Source: Verrucomicrobiota bacterium (GTDB taxonomy: Bacteria; Verrucomicrobiota; Verrucomicrobiia; Opitutales; Cerasicoccaceae). Taken from it: a stretch of 64,000 nucleotides of DNA. Below, piece after piece: positions 19,523 through 30,702 of this stretch. Below the pieces are notes generated by a model, which searched no databases, had not been told where the DNA came from, and saw only the letters and a program-made list of their open reading frames with translations. A program made the position numbers and the translations under genes. Positions within the stretch are counted from its first letter, which is position 1; each line of letters opens with the position of its first letter. The DNA lies in contig JBCBUK010000001.1 of NCBI GenBank assembly GCA_039818205.1, positions 96,001-160,000 of the forward strand, read 5' to 3'.

Positions 19523-20263
19523 TTAGCGACGACGTCGGCGTAGAATTGCGACCCCGAGGACGCCCACGCCAGCGATCATCGCGTAGGTGCTAGGTTCGGG
19601 GATAGTCGAAAAACCTACCGAGTCCACATAGAAAATGCGGCCACCGGTGCTGCCTTGGTTCGAACTGTCAAAAGAAGAAATCCGCAAACCCAAAGTGCTA
19701 CCAACATCGGCTAGTGCGATCGTGTAGGTCAAAGGACCTTCAGCCCGGCCAGGATTGATAGGACCATTCGATCCAGCAACCGGATCCACCGTAGAGAGCA
19801 ATAGGTTAGCACCCGAAGCCGCATTGCCCGATCCGAAAGTATTCACTCGCAGATAGTTCTGTTCTCCAAGTGCCCCGACATCCGTGCCATCCAGTAGAAT
19901 GGACCAGTCTACCGAGGTACCGGTTTGGTGGCGAACTCCAGCGTCAATCGTCACGACCTTACCAACATCTCCAGCCGTAATGGTCCCAAAATCGCCGACA
20001 ACAGCGTTCACGGCAGAAGCGGTTGCCGTTCGAAAAATCTGAGCATATCCGTCATCAGTAGCGTCTAAAAAATCTCCGTCAGTAACAGAATTCTCAAGAG
20101 TAAAAGACGAAACTGTAGTGCTTTCCAACGTAAAAACGGCTGTATTGGCTGAACCGCCTCCTCCGCCAGAGAAGGTTTCTGTAAAATCAGCGACAAGCTG
20201 AGCCTGCGAAACAGGTGCGAGTGCGAGCAGACCGAACGCTGCGGTGTAGATTGAGGATTTCAT
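19523..20263 (-). CDS. PEP-CTERM sorting domain protein
   Basis: Signal peptide; IPEPSTYAMIAGVGVLGVAILRRRRR. Confidence 0.92.
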   Translation of the reverse strand: MKSSIYTAAFGLLALAPVSQAQLVADFTETFSGGGGGSANTAVFTLESTTVSSFTLENSVTDGDFLDATDDGYAQIFRTATASAVNAVVGDFGTITAGDVGKVVTIDAGVRHQTGTSVDWSILLDGTDVGALGEQNYLRVNTFGSGNAASGANLLLSTVDPVAGSNGPINPGRAEGPLTYTIALADVGSTLGLRISSFDSSNQGSTGGRIFYVDSVGFSTIPEPSTYAMIAGVGVLGVAILRRRRR

Positions 20264-20380
20264 ATTCAAGTATGTTTGGTTGTTTAGGGTAATGAACTTG
20301 TAAGTCCTTGCTGAAGTATCGGTATAAAACTCAGATGTACTGAATAACTGATTAGGGGTTATACCGCGGTTAACGATGAC

Positions 20381-20447
20381 AGATAATCGCGATTCGCCTC
20401 TAATGATACAACGACATTATTGCGCAATGGAATGCAACTTTTCCGCA
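20381..20447 (-). promoter_or_regulatory. Regulon promoter: TGCGGA-N15-TGCGCA-N9-TTGTAT-N19-TTATCT
   Basis: Read directly; oriented towards the PEP-CTERM, sulfatase, GH29, PL8, sulfatase run. Confidence 0.65.
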
Positions 20448-20555
20448 AAACGAAAACGGCTGAGATCTTTACACCAGACATGTGTCTGATCGAAACAATC
20501 AGCGAGTAGTTAATAACTCTGCGTAACAAAGCTATCATTTTGACAATTTACGTCT

Positions 20556-20622
20556 TGCGCAATACTTGATAACCTATGCGCAAATATCCCGTTGACCAAA
20601 CCGGGTATAGATAGGTCAGAAT
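20556..20622 (+). promoter_or_regulatory. Regulon promoter: TGCGCA-N15-TGCGCA-N9-TTGACC-N19-CAGAAT
   Basis: Read directly; the TTG used as a start codon by the ORF track (20592) is this -35 element. Confidence 0.7.
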
Positions 20623-20627
20623 ATGGT

Positions 20628-22643
20628 ATGATGAGTTACTCCTTCAAACCCTGCGAACCCGACTATGCATTGAGCCCGCACACGGGAATCACGCGTACAC
20701 ATTGGGTTGCTGCAGCAAAATTTCTGATCGATGGTGTGTTCAGCCACATTAATGACTTTGAATCTCCGATTCTAATTCCGAAGCAGAATGAGATCAGCTA
20801 TCCCCAACCGGACGATCCTAAGCATCGTTTCCAAGCAGCGGAATTTGAAGGTATCGCTCGCACATTCATGGCAGCTTGTCACGTGATAAACGAAGACACC
20901 AGCTACGAAAGCAACGGCATCAATCTACGGGATTACTATGCACATCAGATTCTGCAAGCGACCGACCCGGAGTCACCCCGTTTCTGGGGGCGCATCACCG
21001 ACTTCACCAAGGAACATGGGCGGATGCAATACCAACAGACGGTCGAAGGCGCTGCGTTAGTCATCAGCTTGATGGCTTGTAAAGACAAGATCTGGGATCG
21101 CTACTCACCCGACGAGCAAGCACAGATCGCAGAACTCATTTCGGACTACGCCCATAGCCTAACGATTGGTCACAACTGGCGTTTCTTCAATGTGCTAATG
21201 CTGACGTTTTTGAAGGTCAACGGATTCGCTATCGACGAAGACGCGCTCACCGACCATATCCAACACATCCTCAGCTTCCACGTCGGCGACGGATGGTATA
21301 TCGACGATACCAACTACGACCTGTACAACCCATGGGGCTTTCACTTTTACGGGCCAATCTGGTGCCAATGGTACGGGTATGAACATGAGCCAGTGGTTGC
21401 GCAGATCCTCGAGCAGCGCAACAAACAGTTCATCGAATCCTGGCCACGGTTCTTTGCCCGGGACGGTAAGCAACCGATGTGGGGCCGAAGCATCATTTAC
21501 CGCTTCGCGGCATCTACAGCATTCGGCGCCCACTTTCTGATGAAGGATCCGGTACTTGACCCTGGATTTGCTCGCCGCATCGCATCAGGAAACATCATGC
21601 AGTTCCTTCCACGGGAAGATCTCTACGTCAACGGAGTCCCTTGCCTTGGATACTACGGACCCTACGAACCGCTGATCCAGTTCTACAGCTGCGCGGCAAG
21701 TCCTTTCTGGATCGCTAAAGTGTTCATCGCGCTTTCACTGGAAGAAGATAGCCCCTTCTGGACCGCAACGGAGAACGAAGGCTTTTGGGACGAGCAAGAA
21801 GATACATCGTCAACGGTCAACATTGCCGGACCGGGCATTCAAGTTACTAACCACGGAAAAACGGGCACGGTGGAGATGCGCACGGGTAAAGTTCACCTGC
21901 ACGACTCCTACTACAATCAGTTGCAGTTCAATCCAGACTTTCCACTCGAGATCGAAACACCCGATGGCGCCAACGCAGCCAACTACTCGATTCGAGAGAA
22001 AGGCCTTGGCCATGACTTTCGCATCCCACTCAATATCGCCTTCAACCGCTTTGACGGTGACCTAATCTACCGAGTTCAGAATACGCAGCCACTCGGCCTC
22101 GGTGACCCGAACAAGGGCGGTGTGAACCGTGGCCCCGAGAGAATCGACCTATGCGATATCCCGGTTCCCGGTGGCGTACTCCGAGTCGATCGAGTCCGAG
22201 TTCCCTACCAATATGAACTACAACTTGGCCACTACGCCCTTCCGCATCTCAATGGACAGTCGGCAGTCGTCGAGAAGATTGAAGAAGGCATCATCGGAAG
22301 CATTCCTGATGGACGGAAAATCGCCCTCTTGCCAATCCACGGATGGGATAAAGTCCAAGCCGTCGAACACGAGAAGCTAAATCCCGAAGCCGATAAGAGT
22401 ACCGTCCTCTATGCCGAGCGCACCCGCAACAAGGACTATTCGGGAATGGAAGTGTTTGTCACCTTACTCTTGCACCGCATTGACGGCGGTAATTGGACAA
22501 AGGAAGAGCTGAACCCAGTAAGAAAAATCGAGATTCTTCCGTGGGCACCGTCGGGCAGCGCATGTGGCATCGAGATCACAATGTCCGATGGAAGCGAGAT
22601 CCTGATCGACTACAGCGAAGCCGATGCCCGTCGCGTAGTCTAG
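20628..22643 (+). CDS. DUF2264 family protein, putative GH154-like beta-glucuronidase (no signal peptide)
   Basis: EFEGIARTF, QQTVEGA, NWRFF, GDGWYID, DLYNPWGFHFY, WGRSIIYRFA, YSCAASPFW. Confidence 0.82.
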   Translation: MMSYSFKPCEPDYALSPHTGITRTHWVAAAKFLIDGVFSHINDFESPILIPKQNEISYPQPDDPKHRFQAAEFEGIARTFMAACHVINEDTSYESNGINLRDYYAHQILQATDPESPRFWGRITDFTKEHGRMQYQQTVEGAALVISLMACKDKIWDRYSPDEQAQIAELISDYAHSLTIGHNWRFFNVLMLTFLKVNGFAIDEDALTDHIQHILSFHVGDGWYIDDTNYDLYNPWGFHFYGPIWCQWYGYEHEPVVAQILEQRNKQFIESWPRFFARDGKQPMWGRSIIYRFAASTAFGAHFLMKDPVLDPGFARRIASGNIMQFLPREDLYVNGVPCLGYYGPYEPLIQFYSCAASPFWIAKVFIALSLEEDSPFWTATENEGFWDEQEDTSSTVNIAGPGIQVTNHGKTGTVEMRTGKVHLHDSYYNQLQFNPDFPLEIETPDGANAANYSIREKGLGHDFRIPLNIAFNRFDGDLIYRVQNTQPLGLGDPNKGGVNRGPERIDLCDIPVPGGVLRVDRVRVPYQYELQLGHYALPHLNGQSAVVEKIEEGIIGSIPDGRKIALLPIHGWDKVQAVEHEKLNPEADKSTVLYAERTRNKDYSGMEVFVTLLLHRIDGGNWTKEELNPVRKIEILPWAPSGSACGIEITMSDGSEILIDYSEADARRVV

Positions 22644-22734
22644 AACCGTGCCTTTCTACGAGAAATTTAAGAAGACTATTGATACGTAGGGTCCTGATAA
22701 TTAGGATGCTGTGAAACCAAATTGATCAATTGCC

Positions 22735-23949
22735 GTGCCGATAAAAAAAGTTGGAAATCAAAGAAGCTACAAGAAGGTGGCACTCGCGATCACCGCCCAC
22801 GAATATGCTTACGGCCGTGAGAAGATCAAGGGGTTGATCGAATACTACTCGCGGCATGCCGCCTGGGAGGTCCAGCGCAACGAGCTCTCCCAGCCCTTCG
22901 TACGGTTTCCATCACTTAGGAACTGGAGTGGAGATGGTGTTGTCGGCGAGATCTACAGCGAGGAAGACGGAGCAATTGCCCGAGAGCTGGAGGCCTTCTA
23001 CGTCAACACCTCGAGCAGTCGTCACGCAGAAGGTTTGCCTTCCGTTCGAATCGACAACCAGATCGTTGGCGAAATGGGTGCGGACCATCTCTCCGAGATG
23101 GACCTGGACAATTTTCTCTTCGTTGGTCCAACAGACTTACTCCACGTGCAAGAGCGCTACGAAGGTTTTATTCGTGCGTTGAAACGCTCACAGGACAGCT
23201 GCACGCTCCTCAAATATGCACCAAAGGAGAAAGGTAGTCTTTATTCTTCGGAGGAAACGGTTCGCCCTTCGGAGTTGATGAATTCGCTGAAGGATCTACC
23301 AACTCCAATTGGTATCATGGCCGCGACCGACCGTATTGGTTTCGCGGTGCTTGAGGCCTGCCACCGCCTCGGCTTGCGATCTCCGGAAGATGTCTCGCTG
23401 ATCGGCGTGGATAACGACGAGATTTATTGTAATCTCGCGCACACCTCAATGACCAGTATCGACACGCACGCACGTGAAGTTGGAATTCGCGCAGCTGATA
23501 TGCTCGACAAGCTGATGAAGGGGAAGCCAGTCGAAAACCACCAGGTTCGAATCCCCCCACGCGGAGTCATATTGAGAGATTCAACTGACACCACTCGGTC
23601 CAAATACCCTGAGATGGCCCGAGCCCTGCGCTTTATTCGAAACAATGCCCATCGCGTCATTGACGTGACCAACGTTATTGATGTCGTGCCCGTGTCCCGA
23701 CGCTGGCTTGAAACTAAGTTCAAAGAAGAGCTTGGCCACGGCATCTTCCATGAGATTCGCCGGGTGCATGTCGATCGAGCCAAAGAACTCCTTGCTGACA
23801 AGACGCTAACGTTTTCTCAAGTCGCTCGCGAAAGCGGATTCACAACCCAAGAACGATTCTATTTCGCATTCGAGAAAGTAACGGGCATGAAACCGAGCGA
23901 ATACCAATCGAAAGCGGTAGCAAAACCGCCTCGCGGATTGCGCAAATAA
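22735..23949 (+). CDS. XylR-type transcriptional regulator (periplasmic-binding-protein-like sensor + AraC HTH)
   Basis: VRIDNQIVGEMGADHL, PEDVSLIGVDND, C-terminal VSRRWLETKF...VARESGF...FEKVTGMKPSEY. Confidence 0.92.
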   Translation: MPIKKVGNQRSYKKVALAITAHEYAYGREKIKGLIEYYSRHAAWEVQRNELSQPFVRFPSLRNWSGDGVVGEIYSEEDGAIARELEAFYVNTSSSRHAEGLPSVRIDNQIVGEMGADHLSEMDLDNFLFVGPTDLLHVQERYEGFIRALKRSQDSCTLLKYAPKEKGSLYSSEETVRPSELMNSLKDLPTPIGIMAATDRIGFAVLEACHRLGLRSPEDVSLIGVDNDEIYCNLAHTSMTSIDTHAREVGIRAADMLDKLMKGKPVENHQVRIPPRGVILRDSTDTTRSKYPEMARALRFIRNNAHRVIDVTNVIDVVPVSRRWLETKFKEELGHGIFHEIRRVHVDRAKELLADKTLTFSQVARESGFTTQERFYFAFEKVTGMKPSEYQSKAVAKPPRGLRK

Positions 23950-24005
23950 TAGGTATTTTTTGCGCATTATTTCCGTTGTCCAAGTCTTGGTCGGCCAACT
24001 ATTCT
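23939..24005 (+). promoter_or_regulatory. Regulon promoter: TGCGCA-N16-TGCGCA-N9-TTGTCC-N18-TATTCT
   Basis: Read directly; the first box overlaps the last codons of the regulator gene. Confidence 0.7.
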
Positions 24006-24036
24006 GTCCCCTTGTCTCAGTAGCTAAACCCAGCCA

Positions 24037-25797
24037 ATGCTAACATTTTACGATTACATAGCCATCGGCTTCTATTTCGTTTTCACCTTATCCCTCGGGT
24101 TTGTGTTTCGCCGATTGAACACTGGAGGTACCGACTACTTTGCGGGTGGACGAAAAATGAATTGGTGGCTCCTGGGAACGAGCTCCTTCATTTCCAATTT
24201 CAGCGCTTGGTCATTCACCGGAGCCGCTGGCATGGCCCATAGCTTCGGCATAATCGTGTTCAGCATCGCGGTTATCGACATCGTTGGATTCATCGTCAGC
24301 TATCTTTGGTTTGCCGGTCGTTTCCGTCGCCTGCGCTTGGTAACAGCAATGGACGCTGTCCGGCTGCGGTTTGGAAAGTCGAGTGAGCAACTCTTCACCT
24401 GGCTACAGGTAGTCACCGCTTTCTTTGGCGGGGCCGTCTGGCTGGTGGGACTATCGATTCTGCTTTCAACCGCATTTGGACTGCCACAGATACCGATCGT
24501 GGTTTTCTGCACGATTACGATAACCACGATGGCGCTCGTGGGCGGTAAATGGGCGGTTTCAGGCAGTGACTTTGTTCAGACGATCCTCCTTTCCGGCATT
24601 TCAATTGTCGTGCTGATACTCACCCTACTCCATCTCGGAGATATATCGCGTCTGTTCACCGAGCTTCCGGAAGGACATGGGAAATTCTTCCATCCGCTCG
24701 GCGACATCAAATACGACTGGCTCTACATCATGACCGGATTGATCTGGGGCATTTACCAGAAGAACAGTATTCTATTCGGCGCTGCTAAATACATTGCGGC
24801 AAAAGACGACAAGCATGCCAAGAAATCGGTGCTCATTCCGCTCATCGGATACGCAATTCTGCCATTCGCTTGGTACGTCCCGGCGATGGCTGCCATCATC
24901 ATCGTCCCGGATTTGATGGAGACCTATTCGAACTTTAAAAACCCATCTGAGGCTGCCTACATCGCTGTATGCCTGGAAGTATTGCCGCAAGGTCTCTTGG
25001 GACTAACGGTTGCTGGGCTCTTTGCAGCTACTATGTCGTCGATGGATACCGCGCTGAATGTAAACGCGGGCTTCCTCGTTAAGAACTTCTACCAACCGAT
25101 TTTCCGCAAAAATGCATCGGAACGTGAACAACTGGTTGCGGGGCAAATTGCTACGGTCTTCTGCGGTGTCGTCATGCTCGGTTTAGCAATAACCTTGGTC
25201 ACCCGAGGCGAGATCTCACTATTTGATGCCTACCTCTACCTCAACGCCTACATCCAAGCCCCGCTAACCGTGGCCTTGTTTCTTTCCGTATTCATCAAGA
25301 AAACGCCCGCCTGGTCGGGTTGGTCAACGGTGCTCATCGGTATCGCCTCAACGATCCTCATTTACGATTTCGCTCCCACGGATACTGCGCAGGCCTGGCT
25401 GACATCGCTCTTCGGTAGCGACTTTGCATCCTACATCGTTACGAATAAATTCACCTTCACGAACGTCATTACCGTTCCACTTTGCAGCATCTATTTCTAT
25501 TGCACGAAGTGGTGTTACAAGGCGGAAACTGCCAAGCAGGCTTATGTCGCCGATCTCAAAGATTTCGAGAATCGATTGGACAAGCCGGTGGATTTCGAAA
25601 GTGAAGTTGGTGGTGACAACACCGGCCAGCAAGCCCGCATTATGAGTATTCTGTCTCTCATCTATGGCGGTTCAATTTTCCTCGGCGTCTTGATTCCGAA
25701 TCCGATCACCGGCCGGCTCTCAATCGCCTTTTGTAGCCTAACGCTTATCGGTGTCGGATTGGCTCTTCGGCAATACGCCAAGAAGCAACTGGACTAG
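24037..25797 (+). CDS. Sodium:solute symporter (SSS) family sugar transporter
   Basis: DYFAGGRKMNWW, FSAWSFTGAAG, GLFAATMSSMD; many TM segments. Confidence 0.9.
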   Translation: MLTFYDYIAIGFYFVFTLSLGFVFRRLNTGGTDYFAGGRKMNWWLLGTSSFISNFSAWSFTGAAGMAHSFGIIVFSIAVIDIVGFIVSYLWFAGRFRRLRLVTAMDAVRLRFGKSSEQLFTWLQVVTAFFGGAVWLVGLSILLSTAFGLPQIPIVVFCTITITTMALVGGKWAVSGSDFVQTILLSGISIVVLILTLLHLGDISRLFTELPEGHGKFFHPLGDIKYDWLYIMTGLIWGIYQKNSILFGAAKYIAAKDDKHAKKSVLIPLIGYAILPFAWYVPAMAAIIIVPDLMETYSNFKNPSEAAYIAVCLEVLPQGLLGLTVAGLFAATMSSMDTALNVNAGFLVKNFYQPIFRKNASEREQLVAGQIATVFCGVVMLGLAITLVTRGEISLFDAYLYLNAYIQAPLTVALFLSVFIKKTPAWSGWSTVLIGIASTILIYDFAPTDTAQAWLTSLFGSDFASYIVTNKFTFTNVITVPLCSIYFYCTKWCYKAETAKQAYVADLKDFENRLDKPVDFESEVGGDNTGQQARIMSILSLIYGGSIFLGVLIPNPITGRLSIAFCSLTLIGVGLALRQYAKKQLD

Positions 25798-25801
25798 TAA
25801 A

Positions 25802-27469
25802 ATGCTGGGTTTGAACACACTTCGAATTGCTCTAGCTACGCTGCTCGGCGTTGTTGTAAGCAGCATTCCGACAACGGTGATTGCTGAAGGCGAACCACCG
25901 AATGTAATTCTCATCGTCCTGGATGATTTTGGCAGTGGACAGTTCGCCCCGCTGGCCCTCGACATCGTTCTTGAGGACGTGGATCCTGGACTCGTTGCCT
26001 ACAGCCAAGCCCTCGGAGACGACTCATATGACGCGGAGGCGGCCCTCAACGCGGCCCAGAACGCCATGCCGTTTATGGATACATTGGTATCCGAATCCGC
26101 GCTATTTACCAATGCCTACGCGGCGAGTAGCCTTTGTGCGCCATCTCGCCAGGCAATTCTAACGGGAACCAGCCCAACCCGCTGGGGCGCCTATCGCAAC
26201 ATCGACATCAACGTTTGCGGATTTCCAGAAAATCGATCGTTACCCGCGATACTTCAACACGACGGATACAGCACTGGCTTTGTCGGCAAGTGGCACGTCG
26301 GCAGTAAAGACCAAAGCATCCGCAAACGCATACTGGCTAATGGCGGCACCGAGAAAGATGCGATCGAAGCTGGTTACATGGGATCCGTTGTTGAACGCGA
26401 CCACCCGCTAAACAACGGCTTTGACTACGCCTTCTTCTACAATCTTTGGGAATGTCCCTACTACGACTCAACGCATCTCTGGGAGAATCGAACGCACACG
26501 GGAAAGCAGCCTGAATACAACACCGATCTCTTCACCGACAAGGGTCTTGCGTTTATTAAAGATGCGCTCGAAGCAGGCGACCCCTTTTTCTTAGAGATCG
26601 CCTATCACTCGGTGCACATCCCATTGAATGTTGATGCCCCAGAGAAATACCAGGGATACATCACTACCGGAGACCGCAGCGTCGACCAATTCTACACCCA
26701 TGTCTATGCGATTGATCATTCAATCAAACGCATTGTAGATACCCTAAAAGATCATCGGGCCTGGGATAACACGATCCTATTCTTCACATCCGACAACGGG
26801 GCGACTTGCAAGGTAGGCGACGGCGACCTGAGTCTCGTTCCAGGCAATCTACGACGCCAGGGCCACAAGGGCCAATACTTCCTTGGCGGAGTCCAAGTAC
26901 CGCTTGTCGTTTCTTGGCCCGCACGTTTTGGCAGTGGTCAGCGAATCGACCGTATGGTCTCTCTCATGGATCTGTTGCCCACTGCAATCGATGCCGCAGG
27001 CCTCGAGCTTCCTAACAACATCGACGGCAAAAGCCTAGTCGGCTTATTAGAAGACGACCAAGCGCCACATCATCACCAATTATTCTTTGCGGGAATACAG
27101 GCGCCCGCTTGGGGCTATACGGGCAAAGGTGTAATTGGAAATGCTCAAAAACGCCGGGATCAGTTTCCCGGAGCCTGGGCAGTCATTCAGGATGATTGGA
27201 TCCTACGCTATGTCGGCGAACTAGATCAGGGATTAACCTACAGTAACCCGACGGGCAAGCCGTCGAGCTTGTCCTTGCACAACCTCGAAGATGATCCCTT
27301 AGAGATCGACAATCGTATCGAACAATTTCCGGAGCTGACCAGCGAGATGCAAAAGCACTATGACGCATTCGCGGAAACGCTTCCTCCGCCTCATCGCTGG
27401 AGCAAAAAGCGTTGGAATGAACTCGTTCCAGATTCAAATCCCGACAAAGCCATCGCCTCTGCCAACTGA
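25802..27469 (+). CDS. S1 sulfatase
   Basis: Signal peptide; PNVILIVLDDFG, CAPSRQAILTG, GKWHVG, SVHIP, SDNG. Confidence 0.92.
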   Translation: MLGLNTLRIALATLLGVVVSSIPTTVIAEGEPPNVILIVLDDFGSGQFAPLALDIVLEDVDPGLVAYSQALGDDSYDAEAALNAAQNAMPFMDTLVSESALFTNAYAASSLCAPSRQAILTGTSPTRWGAYRNIDINVCGFPENRSLPAILQHDGYSTGFVGKWHVGSKDQSIRKRILANGGTEKDAIEAGYMGSVVERDHPLNNGFDYAFFYNLWECPYYDSTHLWENRTHTGKQPEYNTDLFTDKGLAFIKDALEAGDPFFLEIAYHSVHIPLNVDAPEKYQGYITTGDRSVDQFYTHVYAIDHSIKRIVDTLKDHRAWDNTILFFTSDNGATCKVGDGDLSLVPGNLRRQGHKGQYFLGGVQVPLVVSWPARFGSGQRIDRMVSLMDLLPTAIDAAGLELPNNIDGKSLVGLLEDDQAPHHHQLFFAGIQAPAWGYTGKGVIGNAQKRRDQFPGAWAVIQDDWILRYVGELDQGLTYSNPTGKPSSLSLHNLEDDPLEIDNRIEQFPELTSEMQKHYDAFAETLPPPHRWSKKRWNELVPDSNPDKAIASAN

Positions 27470-27487
27470 TTTCCATCACTCTAATAA

Positions 27488-29239
<1,752 letters not shown>

Positions 29240-29259
29240 ATCTCGACGAAACCCTATCC

Positions 29260-30693
29260 ATGTTCACAGCAAAATATTCTTTTATGCGGGAGAGTCGGAT
29301 GACCCGGCTCCTCCTCGCCCTGTTCTGCGCCTTGGGGTGCACAGCGGCGACTGCCGCTCAGGGTCCTAACTTTGTCATCCTCCTTGCGGATGATCTTGGA
29401 TGGGCCGACGTCGGGTTTCACGGTAGCGATATCGAAACACCGAACCTAGACAGTCTGGCCAAGAAGGGAGTTCAGCTAAAGCAGTTCTACGTGCAGCCGA
29501 CTTGCTCGCCAACTCGCATCGCATTGATGACGGGTCGCTATCCTTATCATATCGGCGGGCATATCAGCGTCCTGCGGCCATACCATAAGCATGGCGTTCC
29601 CGTCGATGAGAACATGCTCTCTCAAGTCTTGAAGGACGCAGGGTACAAAACCGCCATCACGGGCAAATGGCACCTTGGATTAGCGCGCAAAGCCTACTGG
29701 CCCACATCTCGAGGATTCGACCTCGCTCACGGCTGCCTAGGTGGAGCGGTCGATTACTTCAATCACACTGGATACGGTTCCTTGGACTGGTATGACCAAG
29801 ATACGATACCGCTCCGCGAGGAAGGCTACGCGACCGACCTAATCGGACAACGAGCCGCCCAGATTATCGAAGACCATGACTTTAGAAAACATCCACTCTT
29901 TCTCTACGTGCCTTTCAACGCACCCCATACACCGCTCGATGCAAAGTCCGAAGACATTGCAAAATACAGCAGCGAGAAGAATGAGAAACGTCGAATCTAC
30001 TGCGCTCAGGTCGACAACATGGACCAAGCAATCGGAAAAATTATTGAAGCACTTAAGGCCAAAAACGTATTCGACAATACGGTCATCCTATTCGCCTCCG
30101 ATAATGGTGGCTATGGCGATGGAAAAATAGCCGACAACAAACCATTCCGCGGTGGCAAAGGCAAACCGTTCGAAGGTGGAATCCGGGTGCCGGCGTTCAT
30201 CATATGGCCCGACGGGCTTAAGGGCGGCCGCAGCTACGACCAACCCCTGCACATTGTCGATGTCCTACCGACCTTCGCGGACTTGGCCAAAGCCAGCACC
30301 TCAAAGTGCAAGCCACTCGATGGAATCGATTTTTGGCCCTCTCTTGCCGACGGAACGCCCCTCCCTAAACGTGACATTTACCACAACGTGAAGGACAAGA
30401 AAGGCGGACGCGGAAGCATCCGCAGCGGTGATTGGAAATTGATTGTTGCCCGTAAAGATCGTGCACCAGACGGCACACCGCTTCAAGGATCCAAACACGT
30501 CGCGCTTCTTTTCAACATTGCCGACGACCCCTATGAGACTAAGAATCTCGCTACATCACACCCGGAGATCGTTTCGACACTCTGGGGAAAGCTCAAAGCC
30601 AAAGGACCCGAAGTCGGCAACGCCAAACCCTACACTGCGCGTGCTCCTGAAGGTTGGGCTGCGCCAGCCGACTGGTCTGGCGTTCCCAATTAA
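29260..30693 (+). CDS. Arylsulfatase B-like S1 sulfatase (start may be ~29299)
   Basis: PNFVILLADDLGW, CSPTRIALMTG, GKWHLG, APHTP, SDNGG, EGGIRVP. Confidence 0.92.
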   Translation: MFTAKYSFMRESRMTRLLLALFCALGCTAATAAQGPNFVILLADDLGWADVGFHGSDIETPNLDSLAKKGVQLKQFYVQPTCSPTRIALMTGRYPYHIGGHISVLRPYHKHGVPVDENMLSQVLKDAGYKTAITGKWHLGLARKAYWPTSRGFDLAHGCLGGAVDYFNHTGYGSLDWYDQDTIPLREEGYATDLIGQRAAQIIEDHDFRKHPLFLYVPFNAPHTPLDAKSEDIAKYSSEKNEKRRIYCAQVDNMDQAIGKIIEALKAKNVFDNTVILFASDNGGYGDGKIADNKPFRGGKGKPFEGGIRVPAFIIWPDGLKGGRSYDQPLHIVDVLPTFADLAKASTSKCKPLDGIDFWPSLADGTPLPKRDIYHNVKDKKGGRGSIRSGDWKLIVARKDRAPDGTPLQGSKHVALLFNIADDPYETKNLATSHPEIVSTLWGKLKAKGPEVGNAKPYTARAPEGWAAPADWSGVPN

Positions 30694-30702
30694 GATACCA
30701 CG

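Noticed and set aside
20592..20627. TTG-started N-terminal extension of the DUF2264 gene (likewise the 1592 extension of the pilin-like gene)
   Set aside because: These extensions lie over predicted -35/-10 promoter elements; downstream ATGs are preferred.
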